Notes: generated by a model from the sequence alone, not told the origin. A stretch of DNA of 64,000 bases from Octopus sinensis (GCF_006345805.1 NC_043011.1:40932464-40996463), one strand, 5' to 3'; shown: positions 11,967-24,594, numbered from the stretch's first letter. A program made the numbers and translations.

Positions 11967-12503
11967 TGCCCTGATACAGTACCAGACAGTTGCTCTCATG
12001 GCTTCTGATCTTAACTGATTGGAAGTGTTATCATGTACATTGTTTTGTCTTGGTATAAAAGAAGGGCTACAGCAAATATTCTGCCAGTTATCAGTTGTTT
12101 GACCTTAACCAGTTGACCATGTCTCTTAGTCGCTGACGATATGTGCATCTCTGATCATGAACAGTAGTGGGGGAGCATCGTAGCCGTGTGTTGAAAGGAA
12201 TTCTTAGAGATTTGGATAATTCATGTTTGGAAACATGGGTGGTTCGTTTAACATCCTTAAATAATCCTTATTCAGGGACCTTTTTAGCAGGATGGGCTAC
12301 TCGACCAGAAGAAAATTCTAACTAGGTCCCACCTGCAAGGTCATGCGCTGTTTATCTTGATATGAGATTACCATGTCGCGCACATACAGTTGTGATGCAT
12401 GTGCCTAGTGTACCCTTATCAGACAGGTAATCATGATGGGTATATTGGGCTTCGTATATTCTACCCCAGTGTCACTTTGATGGCATGCACTGCTCTCTCA
12501 CTC
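11967..12503 (+). mobile_element. TAA-embedded element E, copy 2 (near complete)
   Basis: tgccctgatacagtacc...gcactgctctctcactc followed by (AAT)n; preceded by (TAA)n(AAG)n. Confidence 0.85.
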
Positions 12504-12586
<83 letters not shown>

Positions 12587-12607
12587 TGATGATGATGATG
12601 ATAAATG

Positions 12608-12657
<50 letters not shown>

Positions 12658-12659
<2 letters not shown>

Positions 12660-12972
12660 CATGCTAGCAAAAGTGGCTGATTCCTACCTAGCTCAGATAC
12701 CAGGAAACACCAAATGGCGGTAATTCAAAAGATAGAGCTCATGGGAATTGTGCATATCTTACGTAAAATGCTGTCTATGTAATCTCACATTTTAAAACAA
12801 CTCATAATTTTCTTGTTTTCTTAAACATTCCCTAGAAAAATACTATGTTCAAAATCAAATATATGACACCTTATTCATAACACCAGCATGAGCTTCTAAC
12901 TTGTTGTCTCTTGAGGTCTCTGGGTGAGACTTGGAGGCAACTTGTACAAATACAAAGCATAAGTCAAACATA
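12658..12972 (+). mobile_element. R4/Dong LINE 3' end (third family)
   Basis: MLAKVADSYLAQIPGN / MAVIQKIELMGIVHILRKMLSM* across one frameshift, then a distinct 3' UTR and (TAA)n. Confidence 0.75.
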
Positions 12973-14686
12973 TAATAATATAATAATAATAATAATAATC
13001 ATAAAAGAGAAGAAGGAAGAAGAAGAAGAAGAAGAAGAAGAAGAAGAAGAAGAAGAAGAGAAGAAGAAGAAGAAGAAGAAGAAGAAGAAGAAGAAGAGAA
13101 GAAACACCGGGGACGTTTAAGATGTAAGAAGGAAAATACAGAGCTCCGAAATCTATCCACAAACATCGAAAACAAGACACCCTATGGAGCCAAAGATTTA
13201 CTACAACAATTGGACTATATCCGAGTAAGTAATACTAATTGAAATTTATTACTATTTTCGAAACGAAATGATGTATTTTGATTCGATATTATCTCCACCT
13301 CTAACACAACACATGTAAACATGCGTGGAACAACACGATCATCCCCGACCTCAAAAACCATGTACAAAGGAACTACGAAGAAATTAAATGCCACCGATAC
13401 AATTAACCCAAGAATAACAATCGAGCGGTACGTACATTAAACCTACAACAAAAAATGTACGAAAAACTACACGTGCGAAATAATGTGACAACAGAAATAA
13501 ACGGACGGTACCCTACGAAAATGACGACCGTCAAAATAATGGGCCGGATGTTGTACCTCATGTCCCGCAAATATAAACCCAAAAGACGTAAATGGACACG
13601 TGAGGAATACATTTCTATTACAACGCATACTTCACAGCAATGCTCTACCCACAAAATGAAAATACAACAACACATACATATAAAATATGGAAGGAAAATA
13701 ATAGAGATATAGACTTGGATACAGCAATGAACCCTAATAAATTAGCTAACGTACGAAGATACATTCTCAAAGCCAAAAAAATATCAGAAATAGAAATAGA
13801 ACATTTAAAAGAAAAAATACACCAGGAAAATGTAGATAGAGGCCACACAACAATGCCCAATAATATAAACACTGAAACTGTAAAACACGAAGACAAACGC
13901 AACATTCCCAACAAACACGATGTAAACAACGAAGGGAGCCTAATGATTATGATAATATAAAAAAATAAAATAATCAAAGAACTGAAAACAACAGAGCCCA
14001 AAATGGACCACCGACCATACCTCCCAAGAATAAAAATAAACGCAATAACAACACCAATTATAAACAACATAAACCTAGCCGTCACTGAACTAGCCACTGA
14101 AACAAAAGAAAGTGATATCACTGAACTAAATGACTTGATATACGCAGCAGCCACTGCAGCCACAAAGAAGCTGGATACTCACCCAAACCCGCCCAAACAG
14201 GAGTACCACCACCCAAAAACACTGTGGATAAATAACATCCAAAACAAAAAAAAATTAGAAAAGACCTGTCGATTTTAATGAAATCAGCAAACAAGCAACG
14301 CTACTGAGCAACAAAAAGAGAACAAAAATGCTCCGCAAATATAACATCACAGAGAAAGATTTGCCGGGATAAAAGAAAAGCTGAAGCAAGATATCCTTGC
14401 CAAAGCTCAAAGGATCTGCCGGTACGAGAAACGCCAACGCTTCTTTGAACAGAACAAAAAGTTCAACTTCGACCCCAAAAAGTTCTACCAAGAACTGGGC
14501 AAAAATAAGATAGAAGTCACTGCAGCACCAACGGCAGAAGAATTGGAAGAATTCTGGAGAGAAATATGGTCGGCGAACGAACAGCCAAAAAAAAAGGAGT
14601 ATGAAAATAACAAATCGGCATCTGAACAACTTTGGACCACCATAACAACTGAAGAGGTCACCCAGGCACTGCACAAAAACTAAGCA

Positions 14687-15512
14687 ATGGAAGGCACCTG
14701 GCATGACAAGATCCCCAACTTCTGGTTGAAATATCTAACAGGAATGCACAAAAAGCTGGCTGAAAACTTTAACAGCATACTAGCAGAGCCAGAGACAATG
14801 CCTGAATGGCTCACGAAGGGGAAAACCATCTTAATTCCCAAATCAAATGAAACAACAAAACCAGAAAACTACAGACCATAAACCTGCCTCCCTACTATGT
14901 TCAAGGCATTTACTGCAGTGATATCGCAAAGGCTGAACAAGCACCTGGACGAAAACAAACTGTTCCCAGAAGAGCAGAAAGGATGCCGCAAAGGCTCATA
15001 TGGCTGTAAAGATCAACTAATGATTAATAAAGCCGTACTGAAGACAGCCACAGAAAGAAGAAAGGCCTCAGTATGGCCTGGATTGACTACAAAAAGGCGT
15101 TTGATAGCATCCTCCACACATGGATCCTCGAAAACTAGCCATTAACAAAGTAGCACCAACAATCATAAAATTCATAGAGCACTCTATGAATAAATGGCAA
15201 ACAGTCCTACACCTCCAAACAAAAGAGGGACTCATGAAAACCAAAGACATCCCCATTAGAAGAGGAATATTCCAGGGAGACACGCTCTCTCCACTCCTTT
15301 TCTGCTTGGCACTGTCACCTCTATCTGATATGCTAAATAGAACTGGATGCGGATATAAATGTTACGGCAAAGCGATCAGCCACCTTTTATATATGGATGA
15401 CATAAAACTATACGCTGCAAATGACAAACAGCTGGAAACACTATTAAAGACAGTTCATGGATTTACCAAAGAAATAGATATGAAATTTGGATTAGAAAAA
15501 TGCGCCAAGTAA
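14687..15512 (+). pseudogene. Dong-1 reverse transcriptase domain, broken into ORFs 14687-14881, 14897-15145 and 15120-15512
   Basis: DKIPNFWLK, EEQKGCRKGSYGCKDQL, IRRGIFQGDTLSPLLFCLAL, HLLYMDDIKLYA, MKFGLEKCAK. Confidence 0.9.
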
Positions 15513-16130
15513 CCATGAAAAGAGGAAAACTAGTTAAGAGTAACAACATCACACTAGATAAAACAATGAAATAAAAGATTAGACCAAAGCCAAACTTACA
15601 AATACTTAGGAATCCATGAACTAGATAAGACACAACACACACAAATGAAAGAGAAAATAAAAAAGAATATTATAGACGAGTTAGATCAAAACTAAAAACA
15701 GAGCTCAATGCTAAAAACAAGATAATAGGTATCAACACTTTAGCTGTCCCAGTTATAAGTTACAGCTACAATATCCTTAACTGGACACGAAATGAACTGT
15801 CCAAAATAGATAGGAAAACAAGAAAAATACTGACAGGATCTAGGATGCATCACCCAAAATCTGACATAGAAAGACTATATATACAACGTATAGAAGGTGG
15901 TAGAGGCCTATACAGCTGGAAAACTACTATAAAATAACCACCATAGGACTGCAAAAATATCTACTTCAGAAGGAAGGAAAACTGATCCAGATAGCAGCAA
16001 AACACGAGCAAAACAAAAAACTGTTCTCAGTATTTAAGGAAGCTGACAAATACAAACAAGAAATCATACCACCTAATAAACACAAAGAAGAAGAAGAAGA
16101 TGATGAAGAAATAACAAAGCTATAAAACAA

Positions 16131-16853
16131 ATGAAATCCAAACTAAAAATAGAACAGCAACGAGCCATGATAAAACAATGGCAAGAAGAAAAGCCCCTTC
16201 ATGGTAAATACTGGACTAAACTAAACGCAAAAGAAATAGACAAAGAAAAATCCCAGCAATGGTTGAGAAGCTCAGGACTCAAAGCAGAAACAGAGGGATT
16301 TTTAATTGCAGCACAAGACCAAAGCCTCCCCACCAGAAATTACCAAAACCACGTAATGAAAAGAAATATTACAAGTAACTGCAGAATATGTGGAGATGGA
16401 CAAGAAACAATAAATCATATTATCTCTAGCTGCCCAGTCCTGGCTAAGAAGGAATATATTCACAGACATGACAGAGTTGGAACCTACATACATTGGAAGC
16501 TATGCCAGCATTATGGAATAACAACAGAAAAAAGATGGTATAGGCACACACCAGAAAAGGTCACAGAAAACGAGAAAGCAACCATACTCTGGGATATGCC
16601 GATACACACAGATAGAGAAATTAAGGCCAACAGACCAGATATAGTTGTCAGAGATCATGAAGAAAAAAAATGCTTTCTAATTGATGTATCAATACCGGCA
16701 GATGACAACGTGTCTCTAAAAGAAATGGAGAAACTCTCAAAATACAAAGACCTGGAAATAGAGGTAACTAGAATGTGGAACCTGAAAACAGAAACAATTC
16801 CTATTATAGTAGGTGCATTAGGCATGATAAAAAATATTCAGACAAATACATAA
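16131..16853 (+). pseudogene. Dong-1 zinc knuckle and restriction-like endonuclease
   Basis: CRICGDGQETINHIISSC, RHDRVG, RPDIVVRD...LIDVSIP...KEMEKLSKYKDL. Confidence 0.92.
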
Positions 16854-17079
16854 CAAAAACACCAGGACTTACAAACACATATAACATACAGAAAATTGCA
16901 CTACTAGGCACTGCACACATCCTACGCAGAACACTTTCCATACAATAACCATCAGAGCATCACAAAAATCACAGCACATACCCAAGGCACACAGAGCTGC
17001 GCTCGGTAGTGAAGTGAAAGCACGCTATAAAAATAAAACTACTGAATAATAATAATAATAATAATAAAAATAATAAAGA

Positions 17080-17268
17080 TTTCAAATTTTTGCCACAAGG
17101 GCAGCGTGGGGTAAGGGATTAAGTCGATTGCATCGACCCCAAAGTTTCACTGGCACATAATTTATCGACCCCGAAAGGATGAAAGGAAAAGTCGACCTCC
17201 GCGGAATTTGGACTCGGAATTTAGCGACGGGCGAAATACTGCTAAGCATTTCGTCCAACGTGCTAACC
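17080..17268 (-). mobile_element. SINE family B, head cut by adjacent SINE C
   Basis: Family B body up to gtgctaacc, then abutting the 3' end of family C. Confidence 0.75.
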
Positions 17269-17600
17269 TTACGACGACGAGGGTTCCAGTTGATCTGATC
17301 AACAGAACAGCCTGCTCGTGAAATTAACATGCAAGTGGCTGAGCACTCCACAGACATGTGTCCCCTTAACGTAGTTCTCGGGGAGATTCAGCGTGACATA
17401 GGCCCTTTGAATTACAGGCACAAGAGAAACAGGAAGAGAAAGATGTGGTGAAAGAGTACAGCAGGGTTCGCCAGCACCCTCTGTTGGAGCTTCGTGGAGC
17501 TTTAGGTGTTTTCGCTCAATAAACACTCACAACGCCCGGTCTGGGAATGGAAACTGCGCACCCATGATCGCGAGTCCGCTTCCCTAACCACTAGGCCATT
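17269..17600 (-). mobile_element. tRNA-derived SINE, family C
   Basis: Reverse complement begins aatggcctagtggttagggaagcggactcgcgatc (tRNA-like head with A and B boxes) and ends ggaaccctcgtcgtcgtaa. Confidence 0.8.
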
Positions 17601-17716
17601 GTTTTTCATGTTAAATAACGAGCGCAATACATTTGAAACTATCATTATGAAGTACATTATTATTAATTGAAAGTAAAATTACTATTTATTACTCATAAAG
17701 AAAAAGACAGAAATTA

Positions 17717-17787
<71 letters not shown>

Positions 17788-17813
17788 GTATATATATATA
17801 CATATATATATAT

Positions 17814-17899
<86 letters not shown>

Positions 17900-18354
17900 C
17901 ATACATACATATATATATATTATATAATATATATATATATATATATAATATATATTATATATATTATATATTATATACATACATATATGTATCACAATAT
18001 GTATTTCAGTGTAATAGTGTGCATTACATTTTAACTACATACATATTACTAGTCTATGACCCATTACTTTCGCAGTTTTACATAAAGCAAAATGTGATTT
18101 TGATATTCGAAAATCCAAAATTTACTGGGTTAGGAAAGATCAATCAAAATTTTCTAATATCCAATGTTGTTTTCTCTTTTTTTTTTTTTTAATCTATTCC
18201 TGAAAAATTTTATAAATTTTACATTTTAAAATTTAATGGTAAAATGCATTAATGAAGTGTAATTTCTGAAGTGTAATTGCCAGGCAAGTATCGATTTGGT
18301 TTTGAGACCTTATGTTGAAACTAAACCGACTAGACTGTAGATAATTCGCACTGC

Positions 18355-18565
18355 TTTCAAATTTTGACTCCAAGGCAGCATACCGAGGGAGGGCGTTAAG
18401 TCGATTACATCAACCCCAACACTCACCCGCTACTTATTTTACTAACTTCGAAAGGATGAACGGTAAAGTCGACTTCAACGGAATTTGATCGCTGAATGTA
18501 AAGACACGAAATGCCACTAAGCATTTTGCCCGGCATGCCAACGATCCTGCCAGCTCGCCACCTTA
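18355..18565 (-). mobile_element. SINE family B
   Basis: Ends gatcctgccagctcgccacct, the reverse complement of the family head. Confidence 0.75.
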
Positions 18566-18628
18566 TATGGAAGGCACATAGTAGTCATAAAAAAAAAACA
18601 CCTAAAGATTATTAATTGTAATTAAATA

Positions 18629-18800
18629 AGGCGCAGGAGTGGTTGTGTGGTAAGTAGCTTGCTTACCAACCACATGGTTCTGGGTTCAGTCCCACTACGT
18701 GGCACCTTCGGCAAGTGTCTTCTACTATAGCCTCGGGCCGATCAAAGCCTTGTGAGTGGATTTGGTTGACGGAAACTGAAAGAAGCCCGCCGTATACATG

Positions 18801-18838
<38 letters not shown>

Positions 18839-19167
18839 GAGGCGCAATGGCCCAGTGGTTAGGGCAGCGGACTCGCGGTCGTAGGATCGCGGTTTCGATT
18901 CCCAGACCGGGTGTTGTGAGTGTTTATTGAGCGAAAACATCTAAAGCTCCACGAGGCTCCGGCGGGGGGGTGCTGGCGATCCCTGCTGTACTCTTTCGCC
19001 TCAACTTTCTCTCACTCTTTCTTCTGTTGGCCTGCTCACTTAGCCAGCGGGGTGGCGTCATTTGAAGGCTAAAACAATGCGAAGCGCATTATGACCAGCG
19101 ATGTGTAGCAACATCTGATAGCCTGGTTGGTCGCGGTGATCACGGTGATATATATATGTATGTATGC

Positions 19168-19217
<50 letters not shown>

Positions 19218-19435
19218 GTATGTGTGTATATGCTTGTGTGTCTGTGTTTGTTCCCCAAGCATCGCTTGACAACCGATGCTTGTGTGTTTACGTCCCCGTA
19301 ACATAGCGGTTCGGCAAAAGAGACCGATAGAATAAGTACTAGGCTTACAAACAATAAATCCTGGTGTCGATTTGCTCGACTGAAGGCGGCGCTCCAGCAT
19401 GGCCGCAGTCAATTGACTGAAACAAGTAAAAGAGA
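18629..19435 (+). mobile_element. SINE family A interrupted at its internal microsatellite by SINE C
   Basis: 5' half 18629-18835, family C insertion, then (TA)n and the 3' half at about 19216-19435. Confidence 0.8.
18838..19148 (+). mobile_element. SINE family C (alternative 3' tail) nested in SINE A
   Basis: ggaggcgcaatggcccagtggttagggcagcggactcgcggtcg...ggtttcgattcc head; the 3' part differs from that of copy 17269-17600. Confidence 0.8.
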
Positions 19436-20338
19436 GTAAGGCGGAGAGCTGGCAAAATTACTAGAAGTTTGGAGAACTTGTCTAAGCTGTAGTTCTTCCG
19501 GTGCAAATTCCCCCAAAATCGATTTTGCCTTTCATCATTCAGGGATCAGTATAACAAGTACCAGTCAAGTAAAGGTACTGGGTCCAACGTAATCGACTAG
19601 CCCCTATCTCTCTGCTGGTTTGTGCTTAAAAAAAAAGAATCATTTGGTAATAGATTTTTTGTCATTCGTCACAAGATTGCAGGTGGTGCGACGAAAATGT
19701 TCACACCAATAAATAAATGAATAAATCCTTTAAGTGAAATTAACTGTCTTCGTTTTTGAATTGTTAATATGTGTCTTCTATGTAGTAATTATTTATGTAC
19801 ACACTTTCCATAACAATTATCTAGAGGCACTATTGTAGTTGAAAGGAGGATTTGGTCTTTCTAGGGGCGACTTAGCTAAGACTCTACTCCTTGGAGTGAA
19901 GGCGGAAGAGATATGCAGTAATATACATCTGGAAGATCCCGTAAGGATTGTGCCAAATTTTGGCATTGAAAGCTACACCAATGCCAGAACAGATCAGCAC
20001 TGCACATTGCCAAAGATCCAAGCAATACCATCTCGCTTCAGGACCAGTTACTACAAAAGCCTGGGTTTCAGGGACCCACAACCTTTTAATATTCTTCCAG
20101 ATAGCCTGAGGGACCTACACAAAGTGGATATAGCAGCTTTCAGATCGAAACTAGATCTCTTTCTGTCAAGAGTCCCAGATGAGCCAACCTCGCGGCAGGA
20201 GATGCAAATGTGGGCAGTGGCATGAAACTCCCTTATCCACCAAATGCCACGTATAAGAGGAGGTTCATAACCGTGTACCAAAACAGCGGTGCCCCATCAT
20301 AGCCACAGCTTTGAGCTGAAACTGATTAATATAAATAT

Positions 20339-20407
<69 letters not shown>

Positions 20408-21518
20408 CGTATGTGTGTATATGCTTGTGTGTCTGTGTTTGTTCCCCAAGCATCGCTTGACAACCGATGCTTGTGTGTTTACGTCCCCGTAACATAGCGG
20501 TTCGGCAAAAGAGACCGATAGAATAAGTACTAGGCTTACAAACAATAAATCCTGGTGTCGATTTGCTCGACTGAAGGCGGCGCTCCAGCATGGCCGCAGT
20601 CAATTGACTGAAACAAGTAAAAGAGAGTAAGGCGGAGAGCTGGCAAAATTACTAGAAGTTTGGAGAACTTGTCTAAGCTGTAGTTCTCCGGTGCAAATTC
20701 CCCCAAAATCGATTTTGCCTTTCATCATTCAGGGATCAGTATAACAAGTACCAGTCAAGTAAAGGTACTGGGTCCAACGTAATCGACTAGCCCCTATCTC
20801 TCTGCTGGTTTGTGCTTAAAAAAAAAGAATCATTTGGTAATAGATTTTTTGTCATTCGTCACAAGATTGCAGGTGGTGCGACGAAAATGTTCACACCAAT
20901 AAATAATGAATAATCCTTTAAGTGAAATTACTGTCTTCGTTTTTGAATTGTTAATATGTGTCTTCTATGTAGTAATTATTTATGTACACACTTTCCATAA
21001 CAATTATCTAGAGGCACTATTGTAGTTGAAAGGAGGATTTGGTCTTTCTAGGGGCGACTTAGCTAAGACTCTACTCCTTGGAGTGAGGCGGAAGAGATAT
21101 GCAGTAATATACATCTGGAAGATCCCGTAAGGATTGTGCCAAATTTTGGCATTGAAAGCTACAGCAATGCCAGAACAGATCAGCACTGCACATTGCCAAA
21201 GATCCAAGCAATGCCATCTCGCTTCAGGACCAGTTACTACAAAAGCCTGGGTTTCAGGGACCCACAGCCTTTTAATATTCTTCCAGATAGCCCGAGGGAC
21301 CTACGCAAAGTGGATATAGCAGCTTTCAGATCGAAACTAGATCTCTTTCTGTCAAGAGTCCAGATGAGCCAACCTCGCGGCAGCGGCAGGAGATGCAAAT
21401 GTGGGCAGTGGCATGAAACTCCCTTATCCACCAAATGCCACGTATAAGAGGAGGTTCATAACCGTGTACCAAAACAGCGGTGCCCCATCATAGCCACAGC
21501 TTTGAGCTGAAACTGATT
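19216..21518. repeat. Near-identical tandem duplication, period about 1192 bp
   Basis: cgtatgtgtgtatatgcttg at 19216 and 20408; the units run collinearly to actgattaa, and both breakpoints lie in (TA)n. Confidence 0.95.
19883..20330 (+). mobile_element. CR1-clade LINE 3' fragment
   Basis: YSLE.RR.RYAVIYIWKI / VPNFGIESY...FNILPDSLRD...FRSKLDLFLSRVPDEP, a CR1-type ORF2 C-terminus, then (TA)n. Confidence 0.75.
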
Positions 21519-21520
21519 AA
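21071..21520 (+). mobile_element. CR1-clade LINE 3' fragment (duplicate of 19883-20330)
   Basis: Second unit of the tandem duplication. Confidence 0.75.
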
Positions 21521-21521
21521 T

Positions 21522-21591
<70 letters not shown>

Positions 21592-21784
21592 CACATACAT
21601 ATATATAATATATATGTATATATATACATATATATACATATATATGTGTGTATATATGTGTATATATATGTGTGTATATATATGCATACATATATATACA
21701 TATATATATAGACACACACATATATATATACATATATATACAGATACATATATATATGTATATGTATATATATGCATGTATATA

Positions 21785-22195
21785 GTCGCAGGAGTGGCTG
21801 TGTGGTAAGTAGCTTGTTTACCAACCACATGGCTCCGGGTTCAGTCCCACTGCGTGGCACCATGGGTAAGTGTCTTCTACTATAGCCTCGGGCCGACCAA
21901 AGCCTTGTGAGTGGATTTGGTAGACGGAAACTGAAAGAAGCCCGTCATATATATGTATATATATATATGCGTGTATGTTTGTGTGTCTGTGTTTGTCCCC
22001 CTAGCATTGCTTGACAACCGATGTTGGTGTGTTTATGTCCCCGTTACTTAGCGGTTCGGCAAAGGAGACCGATAGAATAAGTACTGGGCTTACAAAGAAT
22101 AAATCCCGGGGTCGAGTTGCTCGACTAAAGGCGGTGCTCCAGCATGGCGGCAGTCAAATGACTGAAACAAGTAAAAGAGTAAAGAGTAAAGAGTA
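21785..22195 (+). mobile_element. SINE family A, complete
   Basis: gcaggagtggctgtgtgg head, gggttcagtccc B-box-like motif, internal microsatellite, (AAAGAGT)n tail. Confidence 0.9.
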
Positions 22196-22205
22196 TATAT
22201 ATGCA

Positions 22206-22241
<36 letters not shown>

Positions 22242-22479
22242 TGTATGTATGTATGTATAGTTAAGATTCCATTGAAGTAGGTACTTAAATTGAGGCACCT
22301 TGCTAGGTCAGTATAATCCACACTCGAAAGAATATTAATGGAATATTGAAAATCAAAACTCTGTGCAGGAGTGAATAGAATATAAATGAGTAACAAAGAT
22401 GTACAGGTGTCAATTCATAATGAATCGACACCTGTACCTCTCTCTATATATATATACACACGTCTAGTTAGTATCACCA

Positions 22480-23200
22480 AACACTTCAGCCGCAATGCAA
22501 GATAGCATCTAAAAATGTGATAACCGTATCATGTGACCTATGATAGCTGAAGACTTATCTACTATGTTGCTTCGATGACGACTACAAAGAGGGAAGGTGT
22601 GCAGCGGTCATAATATGCAGTGTATGGGAAAATTTCATCAAATGAGAGTATGGTTCGAAAGAAACTGTATGATAGTCTCCGAAATGTTCCTTCATAGACT
22701 GGAACTTTCTCTCTCTCAGAGCTTAAAGATAAGGTTCAGTTAGATGTTTTGTTGTCTCCGAAGCGCATGGATTTTCCGTGTTTTTACGATATTGCATATT
22801 TCGTAGCGATGTAGAAGCTTCATATTGTTGCAAAGGAAAACATCATGACAGCAGCTAAACTTTTAGGTGAGACATAATGAAATCGAAGCAGCGATGCCAT
22901 CAACGGCTTCTGTCGCCAACAGCACCATACGATGATGAATAAACAAGATGGAGAACGCTTGGATAAAAGCTGTTGCTGAAATGATATCATCGATACATTT
23001 AAATTTGCCATTCAGATGACATTTCTGACATTCCTAAGTGTACTCGGCTGACCTATTTAGTATGCCGTAGTGAATGAGGATCGCATTCCACTTGAAGCGA
23101 CAATCACGACAAAGACAGCATTGATATGGTATTAATCTACTTTGCATGGAATACAGGTGGTAAAACCAAGGATCTATGTACGTTGTATCGACAGTGCACG
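22480..23200 (-). pseudogene. Highly degenerate DNA-transposon-like coding relic (possibly Academ-type)
   Basis: Complex sequence; broken minus-strand peptides (KTRKIHALRRQQ...FPL...SSAIIGH.IRL) are loosely reminiscent of large transposases. Many stops. Confidence 0.2.
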
Positions 23201-23967
23201 AAAATACCGTTTTTTTTATGTCTTGTTTTTATTTGACTTTATTTTTATTTGTTGTTTACAAGCAGACATCGAGCTATTATAAGCACTAATCTTCCTGACT
23301 CGTTCATAGACGTCATACTAGAAGTATACTGCGTCATACTAGAAGTCAAGTTTTAAAATTTTCCAACATTTCACGTCCGTTTCTTTGAATAAAAGGAATA
23401 TTTATTTATTATGTCCGTTTGTGCGTGTGAGTGGGCGAAGTATGTGTGTCGTTGTTAAAACCTCATATTTCATTAATTTATTAATTATAATCATTATAAT
23501 TGGGTTAATGCTCTGGGTATGAAAAATGTCAGTGGCCTGGAAAAGAGATTTGCGATGTGGAGTGCATAGAACAAAAGATAATTTCGTAAACAAGCAATAA
23601 GGTCACTTAATCTCGATTTGAGGTTGTAACCAGTTCCATTGTCTGAAACTCTTTAAGGTCTCTGAGAAATAATCGATCATCAATTAACACATTTCCTACT
23701 CTGTATTCTGTATCTTCTTTTTTTTTTATTGTAAATTTGCCGTTTTCCATTAAAACAAATCTATCACATGTGTTTGGAGCCGTAAGATAAATTCTTTGAT
23801 TAGTTATTTTCATTATCAATATCTCCCGAGGTTTTTTCCATTCTTTATATTAATATTTGGCGGCGGGTTTCTACTTTCAGGCCTATATTCCTTACTCTGT
23901 AAAAATCCTCACTGTTGTCTAATGGATTTTTTAATGCCCCCGAACGATCACATTTGTGTGAATATGA

Positions 23968-23998
<31 letters not shown>

Positions 23999-24482
23999 GA
24001 GTGAGAGAGCAGTGCATGCCATCAAAGTGACACTGGGGTAAAATATATGAAGCCCAGTATACCCATCATGACTACCCGTCTGATAAGGGTACACCAGGCA
24101 CATGCATCACAACCATATGTGCGCGACATGGTGATCTCATATCAAGATAAACAGCACATGACCTTGCAGGTGGGGCCCAGTTAGAATTTTCTTCTGGTAG
24201 AGTAACCATCCCGCTCAAAAGGTCCTTGAATAAGGATTGTTTAAGGGTGTTGAACGAATCACCCATGTTTCCAGAGGTGAATTATCCAACCCTAAGAATC
24301 CCTCTCAACACATGGCTATGATGCTCCCCCACTACTTCTGCTCGTGATCAGAGATGCACATATCGTCAGCCACTAAGTGACATGCTCAACTGGTTAAGGT
24401 CAAACAACTGACAAGCAAATCTGTGGTATTGAGCAGAATATTTGCTGTAGCCCATCTTTTAAACCAAGACAAAACAATGTAC
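23999..24482 (-). mobile_element. TAA-embedded element E, copy 3 (5'-truncated)
   Basis: (TTA)n-gagtgagagagcagtgc...aaaacaatgtac-(TAT)n; lacks about 65 nt of the atgccc end. Confidence 0.85.
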
Positions 24483-24516
<34 letters not shown>

Positions 24517-24531
24517 TTATTATTATTACTA

Positions 24532-24594
<63 letters not shown>

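Larger units (their letters stand above)
13102..17044 (+). mobile_element. Near full-length R4/Dong non-LTR retrotransposon (Dong-1), frameshifted
   Basis: N-terminal RRKWTREEY domain, RT motifs (ENYRP, GIFQGDTLSPLLF, LYMDDIKLY), CCHC knuckle and PD..D RLE endonuclease; 3' end aaaactactg(AAT)n. The 5' boundary is approximate. Confidence 0.95.

Noticed and set aside
13645-14704. Long hydrophobic minus-strand ORFs
   Set aside because: Antisense shadows of the A-rich Dong-1 coding strand; the same applies to 33708-34100 over the CR1.
18838-18915. tRNA gene-like sequence (also 40305 and about 17530-17600)
   Set aside because: The acceptor and anticodon stems do not close properly and it runs into a SINE body; it is a tRNA-derived head.
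23400-23960. Minus-strand peptide with a faint PLE endonuclease flavour (DDRLFLRDLKE)
   Set aside because: No diagnostic motif is intact; too weak to call by eye.
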